A stretch of DNA of 63,537 bases, counting the filler, from Octopus bimaculoides (lineage: Eukaryota), in the NCBI RefSeq assembly GCF_001194135.2. It is 6 parts of 5 records of this genome, joined end to end, with 100 filler letters (N's around TTAATTAATTAA, not from the genome) between each part and the next. Parts side by side here need not be neighbours in the genome. Positions count along the whole stretch, not along the records: positions 1 to 30,501 come from NC_068992.1; 5 more parts are not named here. One strand, given 5' to 3'. The stretch's first letter is position 1. Every line of letters starts with the position of its first letter. This document shows positions 1-12,260 of this stretch, piece after piece. The notes under the pieces were generated by a model. The model was given only the letters and a program-made list of their open reading frames with translations, did not search any database and was not told the DNA's origin. The translations under genes and the position numbers were made by a program.

Positions 1-595
<595 letters not shown>

Positions 596-777
596 GTCTT
601 TGCACAGTTTTTAAGGCCGAAGATGTACTACAGTGTCAGCTGTTCCCTACCAGTGAACTAAGGTAACACACCTTATTTTTTGAGCACTATCCGGAGTATT
701 CGAGCAGTTCCAAGTAGTGCTGTTTTCTGCAAGTGCTCCACACTTAGTGCAGCCCCTACAGCCCCTATTTGTTCCAC

Positions 778-780
<3 letters not shown>
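596..780 (-). mobile_element. Short 3' end of an R4/Dong-like LINE with 3' UTR and (TAA)n tail
   Basis: Minus translation YVEQIGAVGAALSVEHLQKTALLGTARILRIVLKK*, then UTR running into (TAA)n; (TAA)n also on its 5' side. Confidence 0.85.

Positions 781-842
<62 letters not shown>
781..842. repeat. (TTA)n microsatellite
   Basis: Direct reading. Confidence 0.98.
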
Positions 843-955
843 GCCTTTCAAGCGGATGGACGTGTCTCCCGAAGCTCTGTAAATTGTTGCTGTTTTTACC
901 CGGAAATCTTTTGAAATCTGTTTCTATTTTTATATATTGTTGTAGCCAAGCCGAC
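843..955 (-). mobile_element. Probable 3' end of another (TAA)n-tailed retroelement
   Basis: Ends in (TAA)n on the minus strand like its neighbours; no protein motif; cut by a gap. Confidence 0.35.
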
Positions 956-1240
956 TNNNNNNNNNNNNNNNNNNNNNNNNNNNNNNNNNNNNNNNNNNNN
1001 NNNNNNNNNNNNNNNNNNNNNNNNNNNNNNNNNNNNNNNNNNNNNNNNNNNNNNNNNNNNNNNNNNNNNNNNNNNNNNNNNNNNNNNNNNNNNNNNNNNN
1101 NNNNNNNNNNNNNNNNNNNNNNNNNNNNNNNNNNNNNNNNNNNNNNNNNNNNNNNNNNNNNNNNNNNNNNNNNNNNNNNNNNNNNNNNNNNNNNNNNNNN
1201 NNNNNNNNNNNNNNNNNNNNNNNNNNNNNNNNNNNNNNNN

Positions 1241-3125
1241 AATGACGGGTCAAGTATTTTTTCACCCCGCCCAGTTAATGCCATAAAAGGCAAAATGTCA
1301 TTGAAAAGAGCAGCCAGCTGTTCTGTTCTCTCTGCATCACTCCCCGACAAAAAGAATGACGGGTCAAGTCACATTTCACCCCTCCCAGTTGACGCCATAA
1401 AGGGCAGAGTTTTGAAGGCAACGTGCAGCGTTTCTGATTCAGGTCTGTTTAACAGACTTTCTGACGCTCACTTCCCAGCTCTCACCGCCACCATTGCTCC
1501 TACACCAGAGAGGGAGGAAGAAAAAAAACAAAGAAAACAAAGAAAACAACACCAGCAACAGCACCAAGACCACAACCAGTAGCCATTGTAATGGTATCGC
1601 TTCCGCAGCTAAGCAGAGCTCAGAAGAAATCAAAGTTACACTGGCAGAAATAAAGAATGCTAAGGAATTGTTAAGAAGGGATGGCAATAATGTCTTCCTT
1701 AACACTCCACAAGCATTGATACAAGCAATAAACAGAAGAACAATAATATACAAGGTGTTCAACACAAGATACCACAAAATGGAGAGTGCTACCCCACAGA
1801 GATTGGAGATAGCTCTAAAGCTCATATGGGGCCAAAAAACTTTCGTGAACAAAGGGAAGCGCTTTGGAACAGTGGAAGTACACTTCCCAACAGAAGAGGA
1901 TGGCATCCAGCACTCTACAACACCATTAAAGGCGGACGATTTATTACTCGTGCCAACGCGTGACAAAAATAAAAATAAATCAAGTGCCACCAGAACTGAA
2001 CATCTCCTGGCTAGTGGCAGCTGTGCTCTTCGACATTGAAGAGACTGCCACTATTCTGGAGGTGAACAGAGTGAAAGAAAAAAACTGGTTGGGCATGGAA
2101 ATGCAACTCCTTGTTCAAATTGAACAAAATAGCATTAATGCCATACCCGACGCAATAAACCTGCCGGATGGCAGTAGGATACACGTTGTTGTAGAGGGGC
2201 GCAGACCAAAGTGCTACCTCTGCAGCAGTGAAAAACACCTAAAAAAAGACTGCCCCATCTACAAACAAAGAATGGAGGCAGACAAAAAAGAAAATTCCTG
2301 CAGCAACAACGACAACAACAACCAAAAGCCTCCACACCACCAACACCATCACCACCAACACCATCACCACCAACACCACGAAAAGCGACACCACCATCTC
2401 CAGCCATCACCAAACCAACACCAACACCAACACCAAGAACCTCCACACCAAAGAAGAAAATAACAGACTCAACAACAATAGAAATTGCAAAAGAATTTTC
2501 ACCAGATCCTACAAACATTCCCTTTCCAGATCAGATCAGCTCGGATTGTGCGAGCACTGATAGTGAGAAAGGGAAGTGGCACACTGTACCACCAAAGAAA
2601 AAACGGAGAAGAAAGACAAAAGAAACAATTGACAAAGAGGGGAGGCGCGAAAAAGGTGAGCTTCCCAACATCATCGGCAACAACAACAAAACACACTCAC
2701 AACAAATAGCAACACCTTCTCCACCGCAAGCACCAACACTCACACACACCACAAACGTAACAGCCATCAACACAAAAAAGGAACACTTATAAAACTTTTT
2801 TAAAAACAGTACAAATGCAAACACCACAAATTTCATTATACCCCTACACAACGCACCACCAACACACATACTCACACTAAAAATAACCCAAGAAAACTAT
2901 AATAAAATAAAAGAAAAGTTACCGAACGATGTTGGGTCGCTAGGGAGAAGCTTCTCCCAAAGCCTTTATCAGAATTTNNNNNNNNNNNNNNNNNNNNNNN
3001 NNNNNNNNNNNNNNNNNNNNNNNNNNNNNNNNNNNNNNNNNNNNNNNNNNNNNNNNNNNNNNNNNNNNNNNNNNNNNAATTGATATTAGCCCTTGTGGCC
3101 AATAAAACGAATTTATTATTATTAT
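1241..3125 (+). mobile_element. Tx1/L1-like LINE, copy 1: frameshifted ORF1 with CCHC zinc knuckle; 3' end after a gap
   Basis: IHVVVEGRRPKCYLCSSEKHLKKDC (CX2CX4HX4C); P/T/Q-rich tail; 3' end GCCCTTGTGGCCAATAAAAC+(TTA)n at about 3089-3125 resembles the Tx1-type 3' end at 49511-49560; near-identical copy at 21171-22270. Confidence 0.75.
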
Positions 3126-3127
3126 TA

Positions 3128-3745
3128 CGCTAGTGAATGATAATTTAGTTAGCAAGTATTTTATCTCGGGGTTCGGTGACAACAGGTTTCCTCAAATTTC
3201 AAGAATCTTCCCAAGGATTCTGGCACTTTTCTGCGGGTCGGTAATGCGAGTTTCAATTTCAATTTCTTTCAGTCTTTTATGTAGCATTTAGGGTGATGTA
3301 TGAAGTGTATCAATTACTATGGGAATAATTGTTTTCCACACTTTTTCTTAGTTGGCTGAGTAGATCCTGATATTTTCCAGTATTTTCAAAATTTGGGTAT
3401 TGACTCTGCAATGAGAAGAAATTGCAAAACCTATGGTCTTACAGTGTTTGTTTATTTTGTCCTCTATTCTTCTATAATTATATCTCGTCTTCTTGCTTCA
3501 GTACCTGTAATTCTCATTTCCTATTACAGCCTCTGATTCGTGTTCACACTACTTTTCCGCTTTGAAGCCACATATTAGGCTAACATCCCAAAGCAATCTT
3601 TTGCCTACACAGTCACACGTGCGCATATACTCTCTTTTTGCAAGTATGACTGCACTCAATCTAAAGGGAATTGATATTTTCGTCTCTTCTCCTGCAGATT
3701 CTATATTTGCTGTCTGATTAAGTGTTGTCGATCTTTGCCATTTCA
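3128..3745 (-). mobile_element. R4/Dong-like LINE 3' part (zinc knuckle and RLE remnants, 3' UTR, TAA tail)
   Basis: ILAKREYMRTCDCVGKRLLWD (LAKREYxRRHDxVGKxLHW-like); terminal KRLKEIEIETRITDPQKK..ARILGKILEI*; tail joins (TAA)n near 3115-3128. Confidence 0.75.
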
Positions 3746-3950
3746 TGTTTTATTCTTTTACTTGTTTCAGTAATTTGACTGCAGCCATGCTGGAGCACCG
3801 CTTTGAAGGGGTTTTAGTTGAAGAAATCGAACCCAGGGCTTCTTTTTAAAGCCTAGTATCGATTTCTTTTGCTGAATTGCTAGTTAACGGGGATGTAAAC
3901 AGACCAACACCGGTTGTGAAGCGGTGGTGGGGACAAACACAGACACAAAG
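3745..3950 (-). mobile_element. SINE family A, 3' half
   Basis: Reverse complement matches the 3' half of 45258-45648 (…GCGGTGCTCCAGCATGGCTGCAGTCAAAT…ACTGAAACAAGTAAAAG). Confidence 0.8.
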
Positions 3951-4309
3951 ACCCCCGGGCATAGATACAGAACACACACACACATACATATACATATATA
4001 TGTATATATATATANNNNNNNNNNNNNNNNNNNNNNNNNNNNNNNNNNNNNNNNNNNNNNNNNNNNNNNNNNNNNNNNNNNNNNNNNNNNNNNNNNNNNN
4101 NNNNNNNNNNNNNNNNNNNNNNNNNNNNNNNNNNNNNNNNNNNNNNNNNNNNNNNNNNNNNNNNNNNNNNNNNNNNNNNNNNNNNNNNNNNNNNNNNNNN
4201 NNNNNNNNNNNNNNNNNNNNNNNNNNNNNNNNNNNNNNNNNNNNNNNNNNNNNNNNNNNNNNNNNNNNNNNNNNNNNNNNNNNNNNNNNNNNNNNNNNNN
4301 NNNNNNNNN

Positions 4310-4344
<35 letters not shown>

Positions 4345-4353
<9 letters not shown>

Positions 4354-4775
4354 GAGATTTTATTAATTTCGTCTTTTTAGTGAGTGATACACATTATAAA
4401 CGATATCCTCTGTTTCTCCACAACTAATTTCCAAATTTGCTGAATCCATTGCTCTACTCATAGCGACATATAACTGGTCGTGCGTGAACATGGGAGAGAG
4501 CAGAAGTTACCAGAGCAAAAATCCTAAGTGTTGACTGTAGACACGCTCCTTCGCAAACGATCAGCTATTATTTTGTAAACAATGTTACGAAACTTCATGT
4601 TTTCGAAAGGAGAGATCTGACTCTCACATCTCTGCGGGAGAAGATAGCCCTCTCTATTCCACTTACAAAACTTACGTCCGGGTGCCAAATGTGCCTCAAT
4701 TGATGGTATTACTCAGGTAATCCTAACTTAATCCCGAGTGAAGCCGGGCTATAGTGCTACTATATATATATATAT
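4345..4775 (-). mobile_element. Helitron/Helentron-derived non-autonomous element with a Pif1-helicase motif VI remnant
   Basis: Minus translation PMFTHDQLYVAMSRA (canonical VF[ST]HGQLYVALSRV); end TAGTAGCACTATAGCCCGGCTTCACTCGGG resembles DINE-1/HINE-like termini; bounded by (TA)n and (GA)n. Confidence 0.7.
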
Positions 4776-4782
4776 ATATATA

Positions 4783-4895
4783 TAGTCTACCAAATATACT
4801 CAGAAGGCTTGGTCGGCCCGAGAAGACACTTGCCCAAGATGCCACGCCATGTATTTGGGAAGCAAGCTTCTTACCACACAGCCATACCTGCACCT
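4783..4895 (-). mobile_element. SINE family A, 5' part with internal deletions
   Basis: Reverse complement GGTGCAGGTATGGCTGTGTGGTAAGAAGCTTGCTTCCCAA…CTTGGGCAAGTGTCTTC. Confidence 0.8.
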
Positions 4896-4904
4896 GTATC
4901 AGAT

Positions 4905-6060
4905 TTATTCAAATGACTTGTTCCTGAGCGGATAAAATTTGCGTTTCGGTCTCTCGTTTCAAGTTCTCGTTCCTCAATCTTTGCCAACGTTCTTTACTTC
5001 CAATATTCTCCGTTTGTTACATGAATTGGCCATGTAGTTCTGTTTCTTAACATTTGTTCGTTCTGTTGTTCTTTGAATTCTCTTTGCATTCTTTTACTAT
5101 TTCAGTCACTCTTTAGGTATCTCTAGCTGTCGGTAGTGTTCTTTCTTTACTCTTCACAATGTAATATTTTAGACTCAGTTTCGCAGTATTAACAGTGCCT
5201 TCTGCGTTTAGTAATTCTCTTCGATCTTCTTTTCTTGATAGATAGAATCGGTCTGTATTACTTTTAGGCTGGAATGCATTGTGCATTGTGAGAAGCTTTC
5301 TTGTTCTTCCATCCAAGTTCTATAGCTCACCCTTTGTCCTTTTCAGAAAGAAAGCAAATTATCTCAATACTAGCATAGCTCAAGTATTAATGGCTTTAAT
5401 GACGTTCCCGATATTTAATTTTGTTTCGAGAACCTTCTTAATTCTCCTCTTATACTCTTTGTGATTTCATTCTGATTTCTCTTTCCATTACCCTACCGTC
5501 TTGCAACACTTTGAGATATTAGTATCCCTTATTATTCCATAGCGATCTCATAATGTTGTCTTGTGGTAACTTTATGCCATCAGGGTTTACCTTCCAGACT
5601 TTACAATTAGCACTTCACACTTATTTACCCCAAATTGCATTCTAATATGTTTACTGTTTGGATCAAAGAATCCATGTCTGACTCATTTTGGTATATAGTT
5701 TGTCATCCATATAAAGTAGGTGACTTATTTTCATCTTGGGATTTGTAAACTCATTGTCAAGCCTGGATTTTCTCAGTATATTTGTCAGAGGGATTAGCGC
5801 AATTACGAAGAGTAACGTAGAGAGCAAGTCTCTCTGGAAAATGTCCCTGCGTATTTTCACGTTACTTATTGGTTTATTTGCATGTAAGTTCTACTTCCCA
5901 CAATCTCAGTACTTTTTCCAAAATTCTCTTTATCAGACACTCCAAGAGCTAGCTGTGTGGAACATTCTCGTAAATTTTCCTGTAATCTATCCTTCCAGCA
6001 TCTAGTCTTCTTTCTTACTCGTATCGCATTTAATATCCTGTAATTTATAAATTGCCAGCA
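4905..6060 (-). mobile_element. R4/Dong-like LINE, decayed RT and downstream region
   Basis: IRRDIFQRDLLSTLLFVIALIPL, ISHLLYMDD, RTRKLLTMHNAFQPKSNTDRFYLSRKE, LHGQF, LKRETETQILSAQEQ; many stops and frameshifts. Confidence 0.9.
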
Positions 6061-6464
6061 AGGACACAGTATTTTGTTTTGTAACCATTATATACTACCA
6101 AGTATATTAAAGGTTTACAAGTCAATATTGTGCCTCACTTTTATGTTAGACGTGCGAGGTCTCATTTTTAAGTTTATCTCTATTAAGTAGTTTCACATAC
6201 GAATACGCCTATGTAAACAATGCGATCGAAGATAGAATAACTAGTTACCAGTTCCAATCTCATTCACCGTTACCAGTTCCAACCTCATTCACACAATTGT
6301 TCAATATATTTGTATCCGACACTTCCACTCGTAGAGAGAGGTGTGGTGATGCAATGACAACCACCGGTGTTTTATTTGAGATACAGTCTCTTGAAGGGTT
6401 GCTGGCCAAAGCTAAAGAGCCCTCTTCCCATAAGACATACATAACGCCGGTCAATATGCTGAGT

Positions 6465-7340
6465 AGCATTTGGTCTTCTCTATACTGATATCCTGCCTTT
6501 GCCTTTCTTAATATTAAATCGAGGGAAATTACCCTTAACACAAATATTAAAGGGGATAACGAGTCTCCTTGGAAAATTCTTCTCTTGATATTAACTTTCC
6601 GCCTGGTCAGAGATCTACTTTCCATTTCTTCATGCTATAGCTAATTGTGTTGTCTGCAATACTGCAATACTTATGTTATCTGCAATACTAAAGATTCTCA
6701 AATATTTACTTATCCATGAGTGTGGAATCATATCATAAGCTTTCTCATAATCTAGCCTTGCCATTGTTAAATTTTTCTTTCTAGATTTCACTTCATTTGG
6801 GATTGTTTTGTCTATATGTATGATAGATCATGCCTCCCTCTAGCCTTCTTCCTATAACCTTCTGTTCTTGTGGAGGTAAATTCTGGCTCTCAAGGTGCTT
6901 ATAAATGCTTTCTGAGAGCATTCCTATTAACAGCCTCCATACTAATGGTAAGAAAGTGATTGGTCTATAATTAGTAGCTATATTGCTCTTCATTTTGTCT
7001 TTCATAAGAAGAACTGTTCTCCAAGTCATATAATTAGGTACTTCTCCTCCATTCAGGCAATCCTGAAATTGTTCCTTCAGTCTCTCATGTAAGCTACTAA
7101 ATTTCTTTAACCAGTACTCTTGGACTGAAACTGGTCCTGGGCTCTTCCAGTTCGGCATTCTTCCTAACATTTTACTCATTAATGCACTAATAAGTCTTAG
7201 ATCTGGCTGATTCTCACTGACTACTTCCTCCCTCACTTTCTTTAACCATGCTGCATCTCCATTATGATTATCTGGTCTATCACAAGTATCAGTCCAGAAC
7301 TTGTGCACAAAGATCTTGTCTTAAAGTCTTCACTTTATTC
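6465..7340 (-). mobile_element. Second R4/Dong-like LINE, N-terminal half of RT
   Basis: MPNWKSPGP, NYRPITFLPLVWRLL, LDYEKAYDMIPHSWI, IKRRIFQGDSLSPLIFV; repeats motifs also present in 4905-6060, so a separate copy. Confidence 0.9.
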
Positions 7341-7344
7341 TCTT

Positions 7345-9270
7345 GAAGAACACCAACACCAGCTACAACAGCAGCAGCAACAACACCAACAACACCAGCA
7401 CTCTATGCATCACGACTGATTTCGACTTTAAAAAAAAAATAACAGCGAAAACAAAACACTCAGGGTCTCTCCCAATGGTCTCCTACCTATTCGATCCCTC
7501 TTTCCGTCTCCTCTAAACTCAAATACATACATAGTCTCGCACCCAGCTTCCACAGATACAGATGCAGTGAAAATGATGTGGTGGGGGACAACAAAACCAA
7601 AAGAAAATTCTATACACACACCGAAAATTATAGAAAACACACCCATAACAGCCACAAACACACCTACAGAATCACCAAACACTCCCAGCAACGCAATCGT
7701 CAACACATCCAGCGCTGTCACAACCAGCATCACCAAGACTACCAAAACTGCAATAATCCAGGGGAAAAAACACACCCCAACAGCTACACCCAACCACACA
7801 AACACAAAACTTCCTGCTAGTGAGGAGGGCCAACAAAGAATTGAGGGCCCTCATAACACGAAGAGATGACATTGAGAGAGCAGGTATGATCTTCGGCACC
7901 AGCAAGGCCCTCTTGAAACACATGAAACATTAGGGAGAGTTTACCTCACAACGTGGGAATACCTAATGCAAGAGCCACGAGTAAGTTTGAAGGAGGTTTC
8001 AAAAGGAACCCCATCCAATTATAAAGGCTGAACCACCTGACTTCCAGCAGCACCAGGTGGGTAAGTACACACCCTTTGTTTCTTGTTTCTTTTCCAATCA
8101 CTTTTTGGTCATCATGGCAGGTTTAAGAGTAGGTTGTATAAATGTTCATGGCTTGGGGTCACCTTGGAAGCAAGGCCGCTTGCTAAACAACCTCAGGTCA
8201 CTAGCTATGGATATGACGGCTGTCAGTTACACCAGTATTTCTTACACACTCAATATAGTCCCTATTTTTGACGATTTTGTGATCAACGTATCTCCTAGTC
8301 GGCCTGGGCTGGGAAGTGAGATTGCTGCACTGTTTAGGAAAGGCCTGAATCTTGAAGTACGGACGATCTTCCTGGAACCGGATGGTAATTTGGTGCTTTT
8401 AGACTAGTCGCTGTGTAGTCCCCAGCTAGGGCGGGGAAGCCAGATTTCTTCAGATGTTTGGAGGATTTTCTTAGGACGTCTCACTCTTTAGTGATAGTGG
8501 ACGATTGGAACGCCATCTTGGATGCACGCCGAGATAGTCGGGGATAACTTGATAGAAGAGGGGGTATAAAAGCCTCACAAACCTAGGTAACTACTCGATT
8601 TCCTGAATGTGCCAATGTGGACATGGAGAAATAGCATCGGGTCTTCCAGATCGTATCTAGATTTTGTAGGTCTGCAAATAGAAGTAGTATACGTTGTCCA
8701 CAATTCAAAGTCGTTGGCTACGCAGACCACAGGCCAGTCAACATAGATAGGATCCATAGACAAGGCATCTTTTTGGCGCGTCAAGTATTCAGAGACTGAG
8801 TTAACAAATAAGTCCATGAGAAGTTGTCGGATGAAATCCCCACCATCCGATGGTGGATAGCCCTTTTCCAAACTATTAGAGTAGAAGCAGTAGGGTTTAG
8901 TAAAGAAATAGTGTTAGAAGAATGCAGGAAAAAGAGAGAGCTAGTTAGGAAGTCTGCTTTGATCTTTCTCCCTTTCTCCTTCTCTCTGTCCCTTTCTCTC
9001 TCCCACTCTCTCTCTCTCCTCCTTTCTCCATTCTCTCTCCTTCTGCTTGTCTATCTTCGTCTCTCTCCCTCCCTCCCTCCCTCTCTCTCCCCCCTCTCTC
9101 TCTCTCTCTCTCTCTCCTGTTTGTCTATCTTCGTCTCTCTGTCTCCTTCTCTCTCTCTCTTTCCTTCCTGCACTCTTTTTTCTCATAATCAGGTTCGAAG
9201 CACCGAGAGGTCATGGAAGGACAGTCACTACCTAAATTTTCTTCGCGAGATGAAGACAAGTTGAACAAGG
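7345..9270 (+). mobile_element. Tx1/L1-like LINE: low-complexity ORF1 tail, ORF2 APE endonuclease start and linker
   Basis: MAGLRVGCINVHGL, EIAALFRKG, IVDDWNAILDA (APE motifs); RWWIALFQTIRVEAVGFSK linker; interrupted by a CT-rich tract. Confidence 0.8.
8950..9185. repeat. CT-rich polypyrimidine low-complexity tract
   Basis: Direct reading. Confidence 0.95.
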
Positions 9271-10662
9271 GATTAATAATATCTTCTAATCAAGCATGGT
9301 GAATATGGAGGGTCCTATGTAGTGTTGAACGGCGGTAGACGATTTTTTAAAACATCCCAGTAGGCTGCGTTCGCATGCTCTCTTCAACTCGCAATGAAAT
9401 TTAATTCAACGTATTTTTGCAGCTAATGCATGGATATAAAAGTCTCTTTATAACTTTTTTTTCGAGTAAATTTGTAAACTTGTAAGATTGTAAGTAAGAT
9501 TTCAGGAGTCACAGTTTTTCCTTAATTCACCTAAAGTCAAAGGTACTTTTGAACATCAAATCAAATCAATGATTCTTTTTTTAATCTAGAAACCATAACA
9601 AAACTCAACTGCAATAAGAAGCGGAATGCAAATGACTTGATAAATAACTTGCGTGAGAATTACATTGCGTAAGAATATTTTTGTTGAAGTTCGTAAAAGT
9701 GAATTGCTTAAATGAAGGACATTAGTTTTTGGACTGTGTGCATTTGTAGACACCGAAAAAGTTGTTGCTATGTCACTCTTTGACCTAATTGTAAGAGTTA
9801 GTGACATTTCGATGAAAATTTTGTGTTTCTCCAGTTGATGTTCTTACATTAACCAATTGTTTTTATATTGCAACAAGAAACAAAGCCAAATAAAATGTTA
9901 ACAAAAACATAACAAAGTAAAAAATAATATAAAACCAAGTCTTTCAACCATTATTCCCGAATGTAGAAATATAAACATTGTAAATGAAATAGAGTACAAC
10001 TATAAGAAAAACAGCAACAACAGCAGTAGCAACAGCAACCAGATGCCAAGATGTCCAACGAATCTAACATATAATGGAAGGCAATGGCATTCGAGATGTT
10101 GGGTAAGGAAGGAATGTCTTAGATTCTGCTTTAGTTTTGTAGTATCTCATCCACGAAATGTTAAAAAGCGAAAGCCCAAACTTCATCCAATGACCTTTCA
10201 GACTTCAAAATTACTTAAAATTGTTTTTGTTTGACTTACTCCACTGGAAATAATATCTCTTAACATTATCGATTTCTTTCATAGGCACTAGTTCTTAGTC
10301 GTATACATGCTTATGTTGCTTCTTTGCTTCACAAGCATGAACATAATGTAATTTTATTATGACTATCTTCTTTTGTTTCCATTTCTGACAGAATTACACC
10401 TGCCGCTTCCAGAAATTCAGAAACATGACTTCGTTTCCCGAGAAAATATATGAACATCTATTTATTCTAATATGTATAACACCATTATTTTCGACTAGGC
10501 GAGGAATATGGATATCAGTTGCCTTTCTCTCCCCCATCACTAATACCTTGCAATTGACAAGAATATTGCATATGATGGTGCCGTCAGTTAGTGATTACTT
10601 CAGCAGACTTCGAAAGATATGGAATTCAGAACTACTTGCATTCAATAGATCTATATCTATAT

Positions 10663-10875
10663 AGGTGCAGGCGTAGCTGTGTGGTAAGACGCTTGTGTGG
10701 CATCTTGGCAAGTGTTTTCTATTATAGCCTCGTGTCGACCAATGTCATGAGAGTGGATTTGGTAGACGGAAACTGAAAGAAGCCTGTCATGTGTGCGTGT
10801 GTGTGTATCTGTGTCTGTGTCTGTGTTTGTCCTCCACCACTGTAATTTAGCGACTTAGAAAAAGAGGCTTTTAGA
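10663..10875 (+). mobile_element. SINE family A, internally deleted
   Basis: GGTGCAGGCGTAGCTGTGTGG…GAGTGGATTTGGTAGACGGAAACTGAAAGAAGCC plus TG repeat. Confidence 0.85.
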
Positions 10876-12260
10876 ATAGGTGCAAAAATAATACAAAATG
10901 CTTTCGCAGTGCCAGTACCAATACGAAAATTTGGTATTCTAGACTGGACACTTGAAGTAATCTGCAACTGCGACATCAAAACTAGGAATGTACTGACATT
11001 GACTGGAAGATTCTATATCAAAAGTAACGTTGATAAAATTCATGTAAACAGGGAGATGGAGGTAGAAACATTAGATCAGTCCAGACAGCCTTTAAGTGAA
11101 ATGCAGTACCGTGTAAATCTCAAGTATACCCTACAGTGAAAGCAATAACACTGTGAGGCTAGGTGAAAAACTCTTGAACAAATACTGGGTACAACTGTTC
11201 CATGTGAATCAAGAGAGGCTGGAGCGGCCTCATTAGAAAGTTATGCATGGATTTATATCCCACTGGCTGGAAAATGCTTGCAGCACCTACAGGAACTTCC
11301 CCAGACATACTATAAGTACATTACATCCCACCATAAGGTTATATCATTGCTGTCCGAGAACAGGAGACAGCTTCTAAATACTTAACCAATAAAAGAGATA
11401 TGGATGTCTCTAAACCTCTATGCTGTGTCGATTATTCTGAACCAGTGTGGAAAATATCACTCATTTCATTAGTAGCTGGCTAAAAATCTTTACAAGATCC
11501 TACCTTCCTATGAGGCATGACACTGTTGTCAAGACGGTTTGCAATGTGTTATGCAAGAATAATCCTGATGGCCTCACCAATGGCGCATCAGAACCAGAGA
11601 GTAGCCACGACCTTAAAAATAAAAAATAAAAAATATTGAAGGAGCATTCCATTAGAACAGCAACCTGACCTCAGCCCAAGAAGCTAGATGTGGGACAGGG
11701 GACAAAATTCATGCAACAGACATCAGCTGCCCAGCAAATATGACTGCGGAAAACGGGAGGATTTACGGAGAATTAATGAAAACTCACAACTCTTATATCG
11801 AGGCAAAAGAATTTCTATTGTTCATAGGTGCAATAGTCTATGAAACAACTGATCAGCATAGAAACTCAGAAATGATAGGGTTCTCAAAAAAAATAGACTA
11901 GGCTGATTCACTTGTTCCAGATACATTCGATCAGAGGAACAGTGAACATTTGCTAACGTTTCGGGAATTCTTCATTGGAGGCTTCTTCATAAAACATATA
12001 CACACAACTACATATGAAATTCATATATACGAACATAATAATACATACATACTTGTGTTCTGTTAAGACATCCACACCCAAGAGTTTAAGTTTATCCACA
12101 CGCTCACACGTGAGCAAAACACGCACGTATACACGCATATATCAACCAATTCAGGTAACCACAATCTCCAAAAACTATCTTGACTAAAACAAGAGACTTT
12201 CTAGCGACGAGCTTGAATTCTTCAAAGGCAAAAGCTTAAGATAAATCCAAAACACACACA
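10876..12260 (+). mobile_element. RLE LINE family 2 (R4-like): RT thumb, zinc knuckle, RLE and 3' UTR
   Basis: NAFAVPVPIRKFGILDWT…DIKTRNVLT; CRLF*TSVENITHFISS…YLPMRHDTVVK; DISCPA; RGTVNIC*TFREF; UTR ends near (CA)n. Confidence 0.75.

Noticed and set aside
10663-10900. SINE A directly upstream of RLE family 2 at a similar ORF position here and at 42670-42830
   Set aside because: Breakpoints and SINE parts differ; SINE A is abundant enough for coincidence.
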